Source: Candidatus Poribacteria bacterium
GTDB lineage: Bacteria; Poribacteria; WGA-4E; WGA-3G
Length of the DNA stretch: 64,000 nt
Assembly (NCBI GenBank): GCA_965214095.1
Contig: OZ243938.1
Coordinates: 3,840,001-3,904,000 of the forward strand
Direction: 5' to 3'
Every line of letters starts with the position of its first letter. Position 1 is the stretch's first letter. Positions 47,334-57,163 of the stretch are shown one piece after another. A program made the position numbers and the translations under genes. The notes under the pieces were generated by a model. The model saw only the letters and a program-made list of their open reading frames with translations, had not been told where the DNA came from and made no database searches.

Positions 47334-48518
47334 CTAAACCCCGACTGCTGTTTCGCACATGTCGTTCTGAAGTAGCCAAACCGAAACTGCGTGAACGATG
47401 ATTTGATTTGCCCGTTCAACAATCGGATTTAAGGATGGGATATGTGTAAACATGGTTTGTGCTTTATCTTTAAGATTCTCTGTTTTCGGTAACTCAAGGA
47501 TCTTCATCTCTTTGAGAAATGCTTCGACCTCTGCTTGACCGATACGAGCGCGTCTGCGGAGTTCTTCTAATTTTGGCGTATGTGCCCATACTTGTAATAC
47601 AGTTTTGCTAATCTGTTCAACCGAAAAACTCGCGGCAAGTTGTTGGGCAGCATTTTCAATAGCAACGAGAGACAGTTTACTTTTGCCTGCAACGACATGC
47701 GGAGGCGGTAAGCGAAGGTCCCAAACAATTCTAAAAACAGACAATAATTTCAAAATATAGTAAGTGATGTCAATTTGCCACCAACGAAAACCTTGTGGGG
47801 CAGCACTCGGAAAATGGTGGTGGTTATTATGCCATCCTTCTCCCAATGTAATGATGGCAAGAAAAATGTTGTTGCGAGAATTGTCTCCAGTGTCATAACG
47901 TTGCTTCCCATAGATGTGGGAAAGAGAATTGATAACAAAAGTTCCGTGATATAGAAGTACAGTACTTATTACAAAACCCACGACAAGTCCAGACCAGCCT
48001 GCAATTGCCCAAACGAAAACACCTAATAGTATCGCAGGTAATGTATGGAATTTCCCAAGCCAAACAAGTTCAGGATATTTTCGGAAGTCCTTTATCAGAC
48101 TGTAATTTACACTTAGCCCGCGTTTGCACAAAATCCAACCTACATGGGAGTACCAAAATCCATGTTTAACTGGTGAATGTACATCTTGTTCTGTATCAGA
48201 ATATTTATGATGTTCTCGATGTTTCGCTGCCCACCATAAGGTAGCCCGTTGTGCCGAACTCTGTCCGAGAAATGCCAAAAAGAATTGAAAGGCACGGCTT
48301 GTTTTGAATGCTCGATGTGAAAAGTAACGATGAAATCCTGCTGTGATACCAAACATACGGATAACGTAAAGAACGCCGCATATAATCCAATCGGTGGGTT
48401 GAACATCTACCCAAAAGACAGCAAAACATGCGAGGTGAATCAATATGAAAGGTATAGGTTGAGGATGAACAATGTCCACCGCATCGGCGGAACGCGAGTT
48501 GCTTGGTTCTTTAGACAC
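47334..48518 (-). CDS. Acyl-CoA/acyl-lipid delta-9 desaturase
   Basis: His boxes HRYFSH, HREHH, GEGWHNNHH. Confidence 0.92.
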   Translation of the reverse strand: MSKEPSNSRSADAVDIVHPQPIPFILIHLACFAVFWVDVQPTDWIICGVLYVIRMFGITAGFHRYFSHRAFKTSRAFQFFLAFLGQSSAQRATLWWAAKHREHHKYSDTEQDVHSPVKHGFWYSHVGWILCKRGLSVNYSLIKDFRKYPELVWLGKFHTLPAILLGVFVWAIAGWSGLVVGFVISTVLLYHGTFVINSLSHIYGKQRYDTGDNSRNNIFLAIITLGEGWHNNHHHFPSAAPQGFRWWQIDITYYILKLLSVFRIVWDLRLPPPHVVAGKSKLSLVAIENAAQQLAASFSVEQISKTVLQVWAHTPKLEELRRRARIGQAEVEAFLKEMKILELPKTENLKDKAQTMFTHIPSLNPIVERANQIIVHAVSVWLLQNDMCETAVGV

Positions 48519-48551
48519 TAATTTTGTGTTCCTTCAGCATTTAGCTTTCAA

Positions 48552-48571
48552 GCATAACAACAATGTTATGC
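48552..48571. promoter_or_regulatory. Palindromic operator candidate upstream of the desaturase
   Basis: GCATAACA-acaa-TGTTATGC. Confidence 0.45.
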
Positions 48572-48709
48572 CATGTTAAAAAATGTGTGCGTGCCGCATC
48601 ACAAGTTCTTAGGACGCGTGACGCTTTGGTGTGTAAATTGTTAGATTCTGCCATATTCTCACTTGCAACCGAACTGATTTAGGATCGCACACATTATCAA
48701 AATTCATAC

Positions 48710-50149
48710 TTAAATCAAACTCGGATGTATCTCAACAGGGTAGGGTTTAGCATCCGACAAAATCTGATGCGTATTTCGTAATTTTGTAAGTTCTGTCTTT
48801 GTCCGTGCCTGAATGTCTATTAACTTTGGAAAATTATACAACAATTTTCCGTCTATTACAATAGGAATTAAGAGCGGCTCGCCATCAGGGATCGATTCAT
48901 CCCAAAGTGTAACACAATCCTTACAATAAAATCCATCTGTATTAGTATAACGATATATCTGTTTTCTACCGGGAATAGTAGCCTTGGCAGGTTCATCAAT
49001 CGTCTGTTTACCAACAGGAATACCATCTCGTTCTACAGACTTATAGACACCACCGAGGGCAGAGGGTCCACCTTCTCCCGTAAGTGAATTAAAGTTTGCA
49101 CCTGTCGCTAAACGGGTACCAACGCCGAAACTGTCTATCGGTGCGTTATTTTCAAGAAGTTTGTCTATCCCAAATTCATCAAGTTCATGACTTGCGATAA
49201 TCTGAACATACTCAAGTGCTGCATCATCAAGGATACTACGCACCTGTTTACTAAGCGACACAAGGTCACCACTATCCAAACGGACTGCTTTCAACTGCAA
49301 TCCACGACCTTCCATCTCTTTTGCTACGATACACGCATTCCTTGCTCCCTGAATCGTATCGTAAGTATCTATAAGAAGCGTTGAATTGTGTGGAAAAGCA
49401 TTGGTATAATCTCGGAATGCATCTATCTCTGAAGAGCGATCCATAATGAATTTATGACCCATCGTGCCGACATACGGAATATCAAAATATCGTCCAGCGA
49501 TGACAAGTGATGTCCCGCTTGCCCCTCCGATAAATGATGCACGTGCTGCAAGGATACCCGCATCTCTACCGTGAGCACGTCTCGCACCAAAATCAAAGAC
49601 TGGTTTTCCTCTCGCCGCGCGAACTATACGTGATGCTTTCGTAGCAATCAATGTCTGAAAGTTCATCACACTCAACAGATAAGTCTCAAAGAGTTGAACA
49701 TCGCGAGATCTACCAGTAACATTGATAATCGGTTCGTTAGGAAACACAATTGTGCCTTCAGGAACAGCATAAACAGAACCATCAAATCGGAAGTCTCTCA
49801 ATGATTCAACATAATCTACGCTCAATTCACTCTGTTGTAATAACCATTTGAGAGTGTCCTCAGTGAAACTAAGATTTTGTATGTAGTGGATTACTTGTTC
49901 AAGTCCTGCTGTGACAAGATATTTTCCCTGTGGAATTCTGCGGACATAGTAGTTTGCAGTAATAGTAGAATCGTTTCTATTCTTGAAATCTGCATTCCCC
50001 ATTGTGAGTTGATAGTAGTCTACAAAGAGCGACATATCTGATTCTGTCAATAGGGCAGATTTTGGAGAAGAATCAGGTTTCTGTTCTGAAACATCAGGAA
50101 TGGTGTTCATAGCAGTTGCTTTCGTATTGGACATACAAAACCATCTCAC
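48710..50149 (-). CDS. pncB: Nicotinate phosphoribosyltransferase
   Basis: DYYQLTM, DFGARRAHG, GTMGH, LIDTYDT, VRLDSGD, FGVGT. Confidence 0.92.
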   Translation of the reverse strand: MRWFCMSNTKATAMNTIPDVSEQKPDSSPKSALLTESDMSLFVDYYQLTMGNADFKNRNDSTITANYYVRRIPQGKYLVTAGLEQVIHYIQNLSFTEDTLKWLLQQSELSVDYVESLRDFRFDGSVYAVPEGTIVFPNEPIINVTGRSRDVQLFETYLLSVMNFQTLIATKASRIVRAARGKPVFDFGARRAHGRDAGILAARASFIGGASGTSLVIAGRYFDIPYVGTMGHKFIMDRSSEIDAFRDYTNAFPHNSTLLIDTYDTIQGARNACIVAKEMEGRGLQLKAVRLDSGDLVSLSKQVRSILDDAALEYVQIIASHELDEFGIDKLLENNAPIDSFGVGTRLATGANFNSLTGEGGPSALGGVYKSVERDGIPVGKQTIDEPAKATIPGRKQIYRYTNTDGFYCKDCVTLWDESIPDGEPLLIPIVIDGKLLYNFPKLIDIQARTKTELTKLRNTHQILSDAKPYPVEIHPSLI

Positions 50150-50190
50150 AAAAGTCGTCAGTACACTACAACCGTTTTATAGTTGTCTAT

Positions 50191-51903
50191 CTACCAATCC
50201 TGCGTAATCTGTATCAGTTGATTTGCTGTTATATTTTGAAGTGACTGCGTTTTTCCGTTAGTCCAGATAACCTTCAACAACTTAATCTGTGTTGACTTAC
50301 CTAATCCAAATTCAGCGGCATAACTGTTAGATGACATGTAACTTTCACCAGCATATATTTCTCGTATCTGTGTGGCATCAGCGGTTGTAAGTTGTATTTT
50401 CGCTCCAACAGCATATCGGTTTTCATTAGTACCTATCAATTTCACATGTAACCATTTGTTGCTATTCTTCAAAGTATCAGCTTGATTTTGAAGTAAAGTA
50501 GGTTTCGCATAATTGTTGACGATGAAAATGTCTACATCACCATCATTATCATAATCTCCGAAAGTAGCACCGCGACTGACACGAAAGGGAAGATCGGCAA
50601 TACCTGTGCTTTTACTTACGTCACTGAATACACCATTACCATCATTCTGGAACAGTTGATTGTGCTGTGGAATGAGTGTTTCTGGTTCATCTAATTTCTG
50701 GAAAGTACTACCGTTAGCAACGAATACATCTAAATCGCCATCGTTGTCATAATCAAATAGGGAAGTACCCCAACCAATTTCCTTGATGCTAACTTCAGCC
50801 AACATAGTGGTATAGGATTCATCTACGAATCTGATTCGTTTCGTGTTGTTCTCCTCATTCAACAAATTTCTGTAAAGCACATTTTCCTGATCAATCCAGT
50901 GCGTGATGAATAAGTCAATATCCCCATCGGAGTCGTAATCTCCCGTTGCTAATCCCATAGAACCGCGAAAGTCTGCTGCCCAAGACTCAGCACTGACATC
51001 AGTAAACGTACCATTTCCATTGTTACTGTAGATATGGTTTTCCGATGTGTCATTTGCAACATAGAGATCTACATCATTGTCATTATCAAAGTCGCTGAAG
51101 ATTGCCTGCATACTTCTCCCACCCGATGCAGCTACCCCCGCTTCAATCGTAACATCTGTAAATGTCCCATCACCGTTGTTCTGGTACAGCACGTTGTCTT
51201 GCGATTCAAAAACGGTGGGATTCAGGGCACTTGGTCCATATATTTCTGCTTGGTTTGCACCGATATTCATTTCCTGCAACTTTTCAAGATTGTATTTAAC
51301 ATAGTTACACACATATAGGTCTAAATCGTCATCTCCATCATAATCAGCAAACACAGCACCTGTACTCCATAGTGGACAACCTACGCCTGTCGTTTGAGTC
51401 ACATCAGTAAATGTACTATTCCCATTATTGCGATAGAGAACATTTTCACCGTAGTTTGTTACATATAGGTCGAGGTTGCCATCACCATTATAATCTGCAA
51501 AGACACACCCCATCCCGTAACCTGTGTCACCAACATTCGCAGATTCAGTTATGTCTGTGAAAGTCGCATCCCCGTTATTCCTATATAATACATTTGTAGG
51601 TACGTTTTTCACTTGCTTTGATGAAATATTCTTAAAAGGCCCATTGATATTTACAATGTATAAATCCAGATCACCGTCATTATCAATATCTGCGAAACCT
51701 GCACCTGAACCCATATCTTCTGGGAGAAGACTGGAACGTGAACCAATTGAGTGCTTGAAACGGATACCTGCATCGTCGGTTACATCAACAAAAGTAGGGG
51801 ACTGTGCATGAACATATATTACTATAGACAAGAATACGACAAGACACAGAATGGAGAGGGAAATGTGTCTATCTCCGATTGTTGTATCTATATATGTCTT
51901 CAT
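50191..51903 (-). CDS. CRTAC1/ASPIC-UnbV family FG-GAP repeat protein
   Basis: Repeated DxDNDGDLDLYV...LYRNNGDGTFTDV; C-terminal AVGAKI...FGLG UnbV domain. Confidence 0.9.
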   Translation of the reverse strand: MKTYIDTTIGDRHISLSILCLVVFLSIVIYVHAQSPTFVDVTDDAGIRFKHSIGSRSSLLPEDMGSGAGFADIDNDGDLDLYIVNINGPFKNISSKQVKNVPTNVLYRNNGDATFTDITESANVGDTGYGMGCVFADYNGDGNLDLYVTNYGENVLYRNNGNSTFTDVTQTTGVGCPLWSTGAVFADYDGDDDLDLYVCNYVKYNLEKLQEMNIGANQAEIYGPSALNPTVFESQDNVLYQNNGDGTFTDVTIEAGVAASGGRSMQAIFSDFDNDNDVDLYVANDTSENHIYSNNGNGTFTDVSAESWAADFRGSMGLATGDYDSDGDIDLFITHWIDQENVLYRNLLNEENNTKRIRFVDESYTTMLAEVSIKEIGWGTSLFDYDNDGDLDVFVANGSTFQKLDEPETLIPQHNQLFQNDGNGVFSDVSKSTGIADLPFRVSRGATFGDYDNDGDVDIFIVNNYAKPTLLQNQADTLKNSNKWLHVKLIGTNENRYAVGAKIQLTTADATQIREIYAGESYMSSNSYAAEFGLGKSTQIKLLKVIWTNGKTQSLQNITANQLIQITQDW

Positions 51904-53258
51904 GATTTTAGGAAGTTGGTAAAGATATTACGGTTTAAAAACCGTTCGTCATTAAGGATATCTTGATGGAGTGGAATAGTGGTCTTTATGCCTTCAATTT
52001 TAAATTCAGATAACGCACGTTTCATCCGGGAAATTGCTTCGTTACGATCACTACCTATTGCGATCAATTTAGCCACCAGTGAATCGTAGTGGGGTGGTAC
52101 CGTATAACCGTTGTAAACATATCCATCAACCCGAATACCGATACCGCCAGGAGGCTGATAGTCTGTTACCAAACCAGGAGAAGGCATAAACTGATTGGCT
52201 GGGTCTTCTGCATTGATGCGACATTCAATTGCGTGTCCCTTGATGTGAATGTCAGATTGATTGTACCCAAGTTCCTCACCCATCGCCAACCTTATCTGTT
52301 CCTTAATCAGGTCGACACCGGTAATGCTTTCTGTGATGGTATGTTCAACTTGAATACGCGTATTCATCTCAAGGAAATAGTAGTTTTCGTTTTTATCAAC
52401 GACAAACTCTATTGTGCCGGCATTCCTATATCCGATTGACTTGGCAGCCTTGACAGCTGCTTTGCAGATTTCATTACGGACTTTAGTGGATATGGACGCT
52501 GCAGGTGCTTCCTCAAGCAATTTCTGCTGTTTGCGTTGAATAGAACATTCGCGTTCCCCGAAGTGCACAACATTGCCGTGAGCATCCCCTAAAACCTGTA
52601 CTTCAATGTGTCGTGCGTCTTCAATCCATTTTTCAATGTAGACATCACCGTTTCCAAAAGCGGCTTCGCTTTCTGCTTTTGCGGTATGAAACAGGTTGAA
52701 CAGACTCGGACGATTGTATGCAATGCGAATACCACGTCCCCCGCCGCCTGCTGAAGCCTTGATTCCGACAGGGTAACCGATTTTTTCAGCAAGTTCAGCT
52801 GCTTCTTCAGGTGTTTCAACTGTCGCTTTCTTATCTTTTTTCCGTTTTTTACTTTGGCTACCTGGAACAAGTTTCAATCCAGCCTTCGCGACTGTCTCAA
52901 GCGCAGTTATCTTGTCCCCCATAGTAATCAGATCTTTAATGGAAGGTCCAATGAATTTAATTTGATGTGCTTCACATATCTCTGCAAATTGTGCATCTTC
53001 TGCGAGGAAACCGGCACCAGGATGTATTGCATCAACATTAGCAAAATCTGCGACAGCTGTGATGTTCGCGTATTTAAGATAACTTTCTGCGGAGGGTGGT
53101 GGACCGATACAGTATGCCTCATCCGCGTACTTGACGTGGAGTGCATCTTTATCTGCTGTAGAATATACTGCCACAGTCTTTATATCCATGTCCTTACAGG
53201 CACGTATGACACGGATAGCGATCTCGCCTCGGTTGGCAATCAGAATTTTTTGAAACAT
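51900..53258 (-). CDS. accC: Acetyl-CoA carboxylase biotin carboxylase
   Basis: KILIANRGEIA, GGGGRG, EMNTRIQVEH, YDSLVAKL. Confidence 0.95.
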   Translation of the reverse strand: MFQKILIANRGEIAIRVIRACKDMDIKTVAVYSTADKDALHVKYADEAYCIGPPPSAESYLKYANITAVADFANVDAIHPGAGFLAEDAQFAEICEAHQIKFIGPSIKDLITMGDKITALETVAKAGLKLVPGSQSKKRKKDKKATVETPEEAAELAEKIGYPVGIKASAGGGGRGIRIAYNRPSLFNLFHTAKAESEAAFGNGDVYIEKWIEDARHIEVQVLGDAHGNVVHFGERECSIQRKQQKLLEEAPAASISTKVRNEICKAAVKAAKSIGYRNAGTIEFVVDKNENYYFLEMNTRIQVEHTITESITGVDLIKEQIRLAMGEELGYNQSDIHIKGHAIECRINAEDPANQFMPSPGLVTDYQPPGGIGIRVDGYVYNGYTVPPHYDSLVAKLIAIGSDRNEAISRMKRALSEFKIEGIKTTIPLHQDILNDERFLNRNIFTNFLKS

Positions 53259-53262
53259 AGTC

Positions 53263-53748
53263 TTAGTTTTGCCTCACACGGAAGAGGGGTTGATTATATT
53301 CAACTGCTTCTCCATCTTCAATAAAGATTTCAAGGATTTCACAATCGAAAGGTGCTTCAACATCGTTATATGTTTTCATGACTTCCAAAGTAGCGATAGG
53401 CTCACCAGCCCCAACTGAATCGCCTACATCAATAAATGGGGGTTCATCGGGTGCGGGGGATCGATAAAACCGGGCAGGCATAGGCGAACGAATTATATCA
53501 TCACCTGTTTCGCTTTCTGTAACAAGTGTTGGTGCTACTGGACCTGTAGATGTAGGTGCAGTAGTAATCTGCTGAACGGTTGCGCGTGAAATCTCAATTT
53601 CAATTTCACCCTCACGAACTCGAATCGAGGCTAAATCTGAGTGTTCTGCAATTGTAATCAGTTGCTCAAGCCGTTCAATGAGTAGATCAGAGTTGATTTC
53701 AGCATCAGCCGTAGAATCTTGTTCTTTACTATTATCGTTTTTATTCAT
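53263..53748 (-). CDS. accB: Biotin carboxyl carrier protein
   Basis: IRSPM..FYRSP, EVMKT biotinylation motif. Confidence 0.92.
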   Translation of the reverse strand: MNKNDNSKEQDSTADAEINSDLLIERLEQLITIAEHSDLASIRVREGEIEIEISRATVQQITTAPTSTGPVAPTLVTESETGDDIIRSPMPARFYRSPAPDEPPFIDVGDSVGAGEPIATLEVMKTYNDVEAPFDCEILEIFIEDGEAVEYNQPLFRVRQN

Positions 53749-53751
53749 GTT

Positions 53752-54309
53752 TTAAACCCTTTCAACGTATTTTCCAGTCCGTGTGTCTACTTTTATGGTC
53801 GTTTCATTTTTAACAAAGAGCGGGACATTGACGACAGCCCCAGTCTCTAATTTTGCCGGTTTTGTTCCACCACTCACTGTATCTCCACGTAACCCTGGGT
53901 CAGTTTCAACAATTTGGAGTTCAACGAAGGTTGGCAATTCTACAGCAAGGGGTGTAGCACCATCCATTTTGACGATAACATTCTCACCTTCTTTTAGATA
54001 CTTCACGTTTTCACCGAGCATTGCTTCTGGAAGTTGATGCTGATCAAATGATTCGTTGTCCATGAACCAATGCAACTCACCTTCTCTGTAGAGGTACTGC
54101 ATCTCTTGATCTGTAAGGCGTACAGTTTCAATAGATTCACTGGAACGAAAAGTGCGGTCAAGAACTGCCCCATCTTTGACTCGCTTTATTTTTGTTCTGG
54201 CGAATGCTCCTCCTTTTCCCGGCTTAACGTGTTCACAGTCTACTACAGTGTAGACGATATCATCAAGTCGGATTACTAATCCGTTCCGTAAGTCTTTTAA
54301 TGCTGCCAT
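53752..54309 (-). CDS. efp: Elongation factor P
   Basis: HVKPGKGGAF, GDTVSGGTKPAKLETG, VDTRTGKY. Confidence 0.95.
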   Translation of the reverse strand: MAALKDLRNGLVIRLDDIVYTVVDCEHVKPGKGGAFARTKIKRVKDGAVLDRTFRSSESIETVRLTDQEMQYLYREGELHWFMDNESFDQHQLPEAMLGENVKYLKEGENVIVKMDGATPLAVELPTFVELQIVETDPGLRGDTVSGGTKPAKLETGAVVNVPLFVKNETTIKVDTRTGKYVERV

Positions 54310-54385
54310 TAATATTCCTTTCTATAATACCGAAGTATGTATTCTATCAAGATTTCATATATGTGTTAATAGTGCTTTTGAATGA

Positions 54386-54976
54386 TCATATTAATTCAAG
54401 TGCTAATCGCAACGCTTCTCCTCTATGACTGATGCTGTTTTTGACAGTTTCACCTAATTCCGCAAAAGTTTCCTCATATCCATCTGGCACAAAAATTGGG
54501 TCATATCCGAAGCCGCTTTCTCCTGACGGTGTCTGGGTGATCTGTCCTTCACATTTTCCCACAACAACTTTTATGTCATTGCTATTATTCGGTTCAGCAA
54601 TGGCGATTGCTGCGACAAATCGTGCCTTCCGATTTGTCGCACCTTCTATTGCTTCAAGCAACTTCTGGATACGGATAGCATCGGTAGCATCCTCACCTGC
54701 CCATCGTTTTGAATGAATACCAGGTGCACCGTTAAGTGCATCAACTTCTAATCCAGCATCATCGGCAAGTGTGCGATGTCCTGTCCACTCTGCAATTACT
54801 GTTGCTTTCTTGGCTGCGTTCTCTTGATATGTATCTCCATCCTCAACCACTTCTGGTGCATCGGGAAAATCCTGAAGCGATAAGATCTGAATGTTCCGAT
54901 GCTCTTTATCTGTGTTGAGCATTGTTGTCAACTCTTTGACTTTGCCAAGATTACGGGTTGCCAATACTAACTTCAT
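54386..54976 (-). CDS. rdgB: dITP/XTP pyrophosphatase (RdgB/Ham1)
   Basis: [33 protein letters not shown]. Confidence 0.92.
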   Translation of the reverse strand: MKLVLATRNLGKVKELTTMLNTDKEHRNIQILSLQDFPDAPEVVEDGDTYQENAAKKATVIAEWTGHRTLADDAGLEVDALNGAPGIHSKRWAGEDATDAIRIQKLLEAIEGATNRKARFVAAIAIAEPNNSNDIKVVVGKCEGQITQTPSGESGFGYDPIFVPDGYEETFAELGETVKNSISHRGEALRLALELI

Positions 54977-55754
54977 CAAGATTCTCAAGCATAATTCTGT
55001 TCTGTAGACGAACAAGTTGTTGAATTCCATTTACAGCAAGGTCAAGTAATTCATCAGACTCTTCACGAGTAAACGGGTTATGTTCAGCAGTGCCTTGGAT
55101 TTCAATGAACTTACCACTTCCTGTCATGACAACATTCATGTCAACATCCGCAGCAGAATCTTCAGTATAACAGAGATCCAGCATTGGCGTTCCATCAATA
55201 ATACCAACGCTTGTTGCGGCGATATTCTCAACGATAGGCAACTCATCAATTATCTTCTGATCTTGTAGTGTCTTACATGCATCCCAAAGTGCCACATAAG
55301 CTCCCGTTATCGCGGCAGTACGTGTTCCACCATCTGCTTGGATGACATCACAATCAAGCCAAATTGTCCTCTCACCTAAAATGTCAAGGTCAACAGCTGC
55401 CCGTAGCGATCTGCCTATGAGTCTTTGTATTTCCTGGGTTCGTCCACCGAGTCGTCCTTGTGTTGCTTCGCGTTGCATGCGTTCAGAAGTGGAACGTGGT
55501 AACATTGAATATTCTGCAGTAACCCACCCTCTACCTTGAATGTTTTGCTCTCTCATAAAACGTGGTTGCCGATCATCCACTGATGCTGTGCAGATAACCT
55601 TCGTATTCCCTGTATTTATCAGGACTGATCCTTCTGCGTGTATAGTATAATTGCGCTGTATTGTAACAGGACGCATCTCATCCGGTTTTCTCTCATCATC
55701 TCGGATAATTGCCCTCTCAGTATGTCGGACATTATTGGTATTTTGTGTTGTCAT
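54951..55754 (-). CDS. rph: Ribonuclease PH
   Basis: [37 protein letters not shown]. Confidence 0.95.
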   Translation of the reverse strand: MTTQNTNNVRHTERAIIRDDERKPDEMRPVTIQRNYTIHAEGSVLINTGNTKVICTASVDDRQPRFMREQNIQGRGWVTAEYSMLPRSTSERMQREATQGRLGGRTQEIQRLIGRSLRAAVDLDILGERTIWLDCDVIQADGGTRTAAITGAYVALWDACKTLQDQKIIDELPIVENIAATSVGIIDGTPMLDLCYTEDSAADVDMNVVMTGSGKFIEIQGTAEHNPFTREESDELLDLAVNGIQQLVRLQNRIMLENLDEVSIGNP

Positions 55755-55980
55755 AAGTTAAACTCTTGTAATATTTTAGTGTTGTCAATTATGACAATCC
55801 ATAGCTGGCAATACAATGACATGATAGTCAGATTCTCTTTTGATAGAGGTTTTGTAAGCCCAATGTTGTGAACCTAAACCTACAAAATCGGACTTACAAA
55901 ACCTTCCAGCAATAAGTAGGATACATTAATTGACATATATGGAAATCAATTAGTTCTGCTCAAGCAATGTTATTACGCAA

Positions 55981-56184
55981 TTACAATTCTTTAAGTAGCT
56001 CCAACGCCTTTGTATAACTTTTCCGTTCCAAATAGTGCATTAGCATTTTTGGTGCGGTTTCTTTAATTTCGGTTGATAACTGCTGAATTCGGAGCAGTTG
56101 ATCTGTAATTTCGCCACCAGCAGAGATACGGTTCATCATATCTTCTAATGTGTTGTGAAGTTCAGTAGATTGTTGTGTTGTCAT
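55981..56184 (-). CDS. Small hypothetical protein
   Basis: 67-aa helical ORF overlapping the PhyH stop (ATGA); LMHYLERKSYTKAL tail. Confidence 0.6.
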   Translation of the reverse strand: MTTQQSTELHNTLEDMMNRISAGGEITDQLLRIQQLSTEIKETAPKMLMHYLERKSYTKALELLKEL

Positions 56185-57113
56185 TGTGCACCATTCTCTT
56201 CCGTAGGTATAGGTGGTAGTTCGTTGACTGCTTTACATGTTCGCAAGCCTATGCTTTTCGGTGGTTCATCATATCCTTTCCAAGAATACGGGTCAACGCC
56301 TGAAACAGGAACAACACAGCGACGGTCAGCACTTGCGGGGCGTTCACCTTCTCTGATTGACCACGGTAACAACGACCATGAATTACAGTAATGATTAACA
56401 AGCACACGTCGGAATGTACTGCCACGATTTTTGCGGGAACGGTGGAGTAAATATCCGTTGAAGAAAACCAGTGCACCAGTTTCCACCTCAACAGGGACTT
56501 CTTCAGAACCGTCAAAGCCGTAACTCTCTTGAGCGAAGTCAAATTCATCAGGATTTTCGTGATTGCGTTGTGGATAGAGATACCCTTGACGATGTGAACC
56601 AGGGAGCACCCACAGGCACCCGTTTTCAACATTAGCATCGTCCATTGCAATCCATGCACCGATTAGGGAACGGTCACGAGTGGGAATATAGATCTCATCC
56701 TGATGCCACGCCTGTCCTTGAAAATTAGGTGGTTTGACAAATAGCATGGACTGCATACACTTGACACTACCGTCCCAATAAGGCAGGTGTGCAGCGGTTA
56801 TTTGACTAAGAATACCGCAGATTTTAGGATGCTTGACATACTGCTCAATAGTATCGCTTACGAAATGCGGTTGATGGATACAGAGAATCCTACCTATTGC
56901 TTCTTCGTCTGTAACACTATCAGGCAGTGGATTCATATTATCGCATTCATATCCACCGCGAGCAAGTCTGACTGCATCTTGTCTGAGTTCTTCAATCTCA
57001 CTTTTGGAAAGCAAGTTCGGTACGACAAGGTAACCGTTGTCTATAAAAAACTGACATTCTTCGTCAGATACGATATTTGGAACATCAATTCGTTCTGATA
57101 TTTCAGGACCCAT
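56181..57113 (-). CDS. PhyH-family dioxygenase
   Basis: FFIDNGYL, AWHQD, NGCLWVLPGSH, LLHRS. Confidence 0.9.
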   Translation of the reverse strand: MGPEISERIDVPNIVSDEECQFFIDNGYLVVPNLLSKSEIEELRQDAVRLARGGYECDNMNPLPDSVTDEEAIGRILCIHQPHFVSDTIEQYVKHPKICGILSQITAAHLPYWDGSVKCMQSMLFVKPPNFQGQAWHQDEIYIPTRDRSLIGAWIAMDDANVENGCLWVLPGSHRQGYLYPQRNHENPDEFDFAQESYGFDGSEEVPVEVETGALVFFNGYLLHRSRKNRGSTFRRVLVNHYCNSWSLLPWSIREGERPASADRRCVVPVSGVDPYSWKGYDEPPKSIGLRTCKAVNELPPIPTEENGAQ

Positions 57114-57163
57114 TTGTTTATATTCCTCCTATGGCTTAATCAAAATATGAAGTCTTTCTACGA

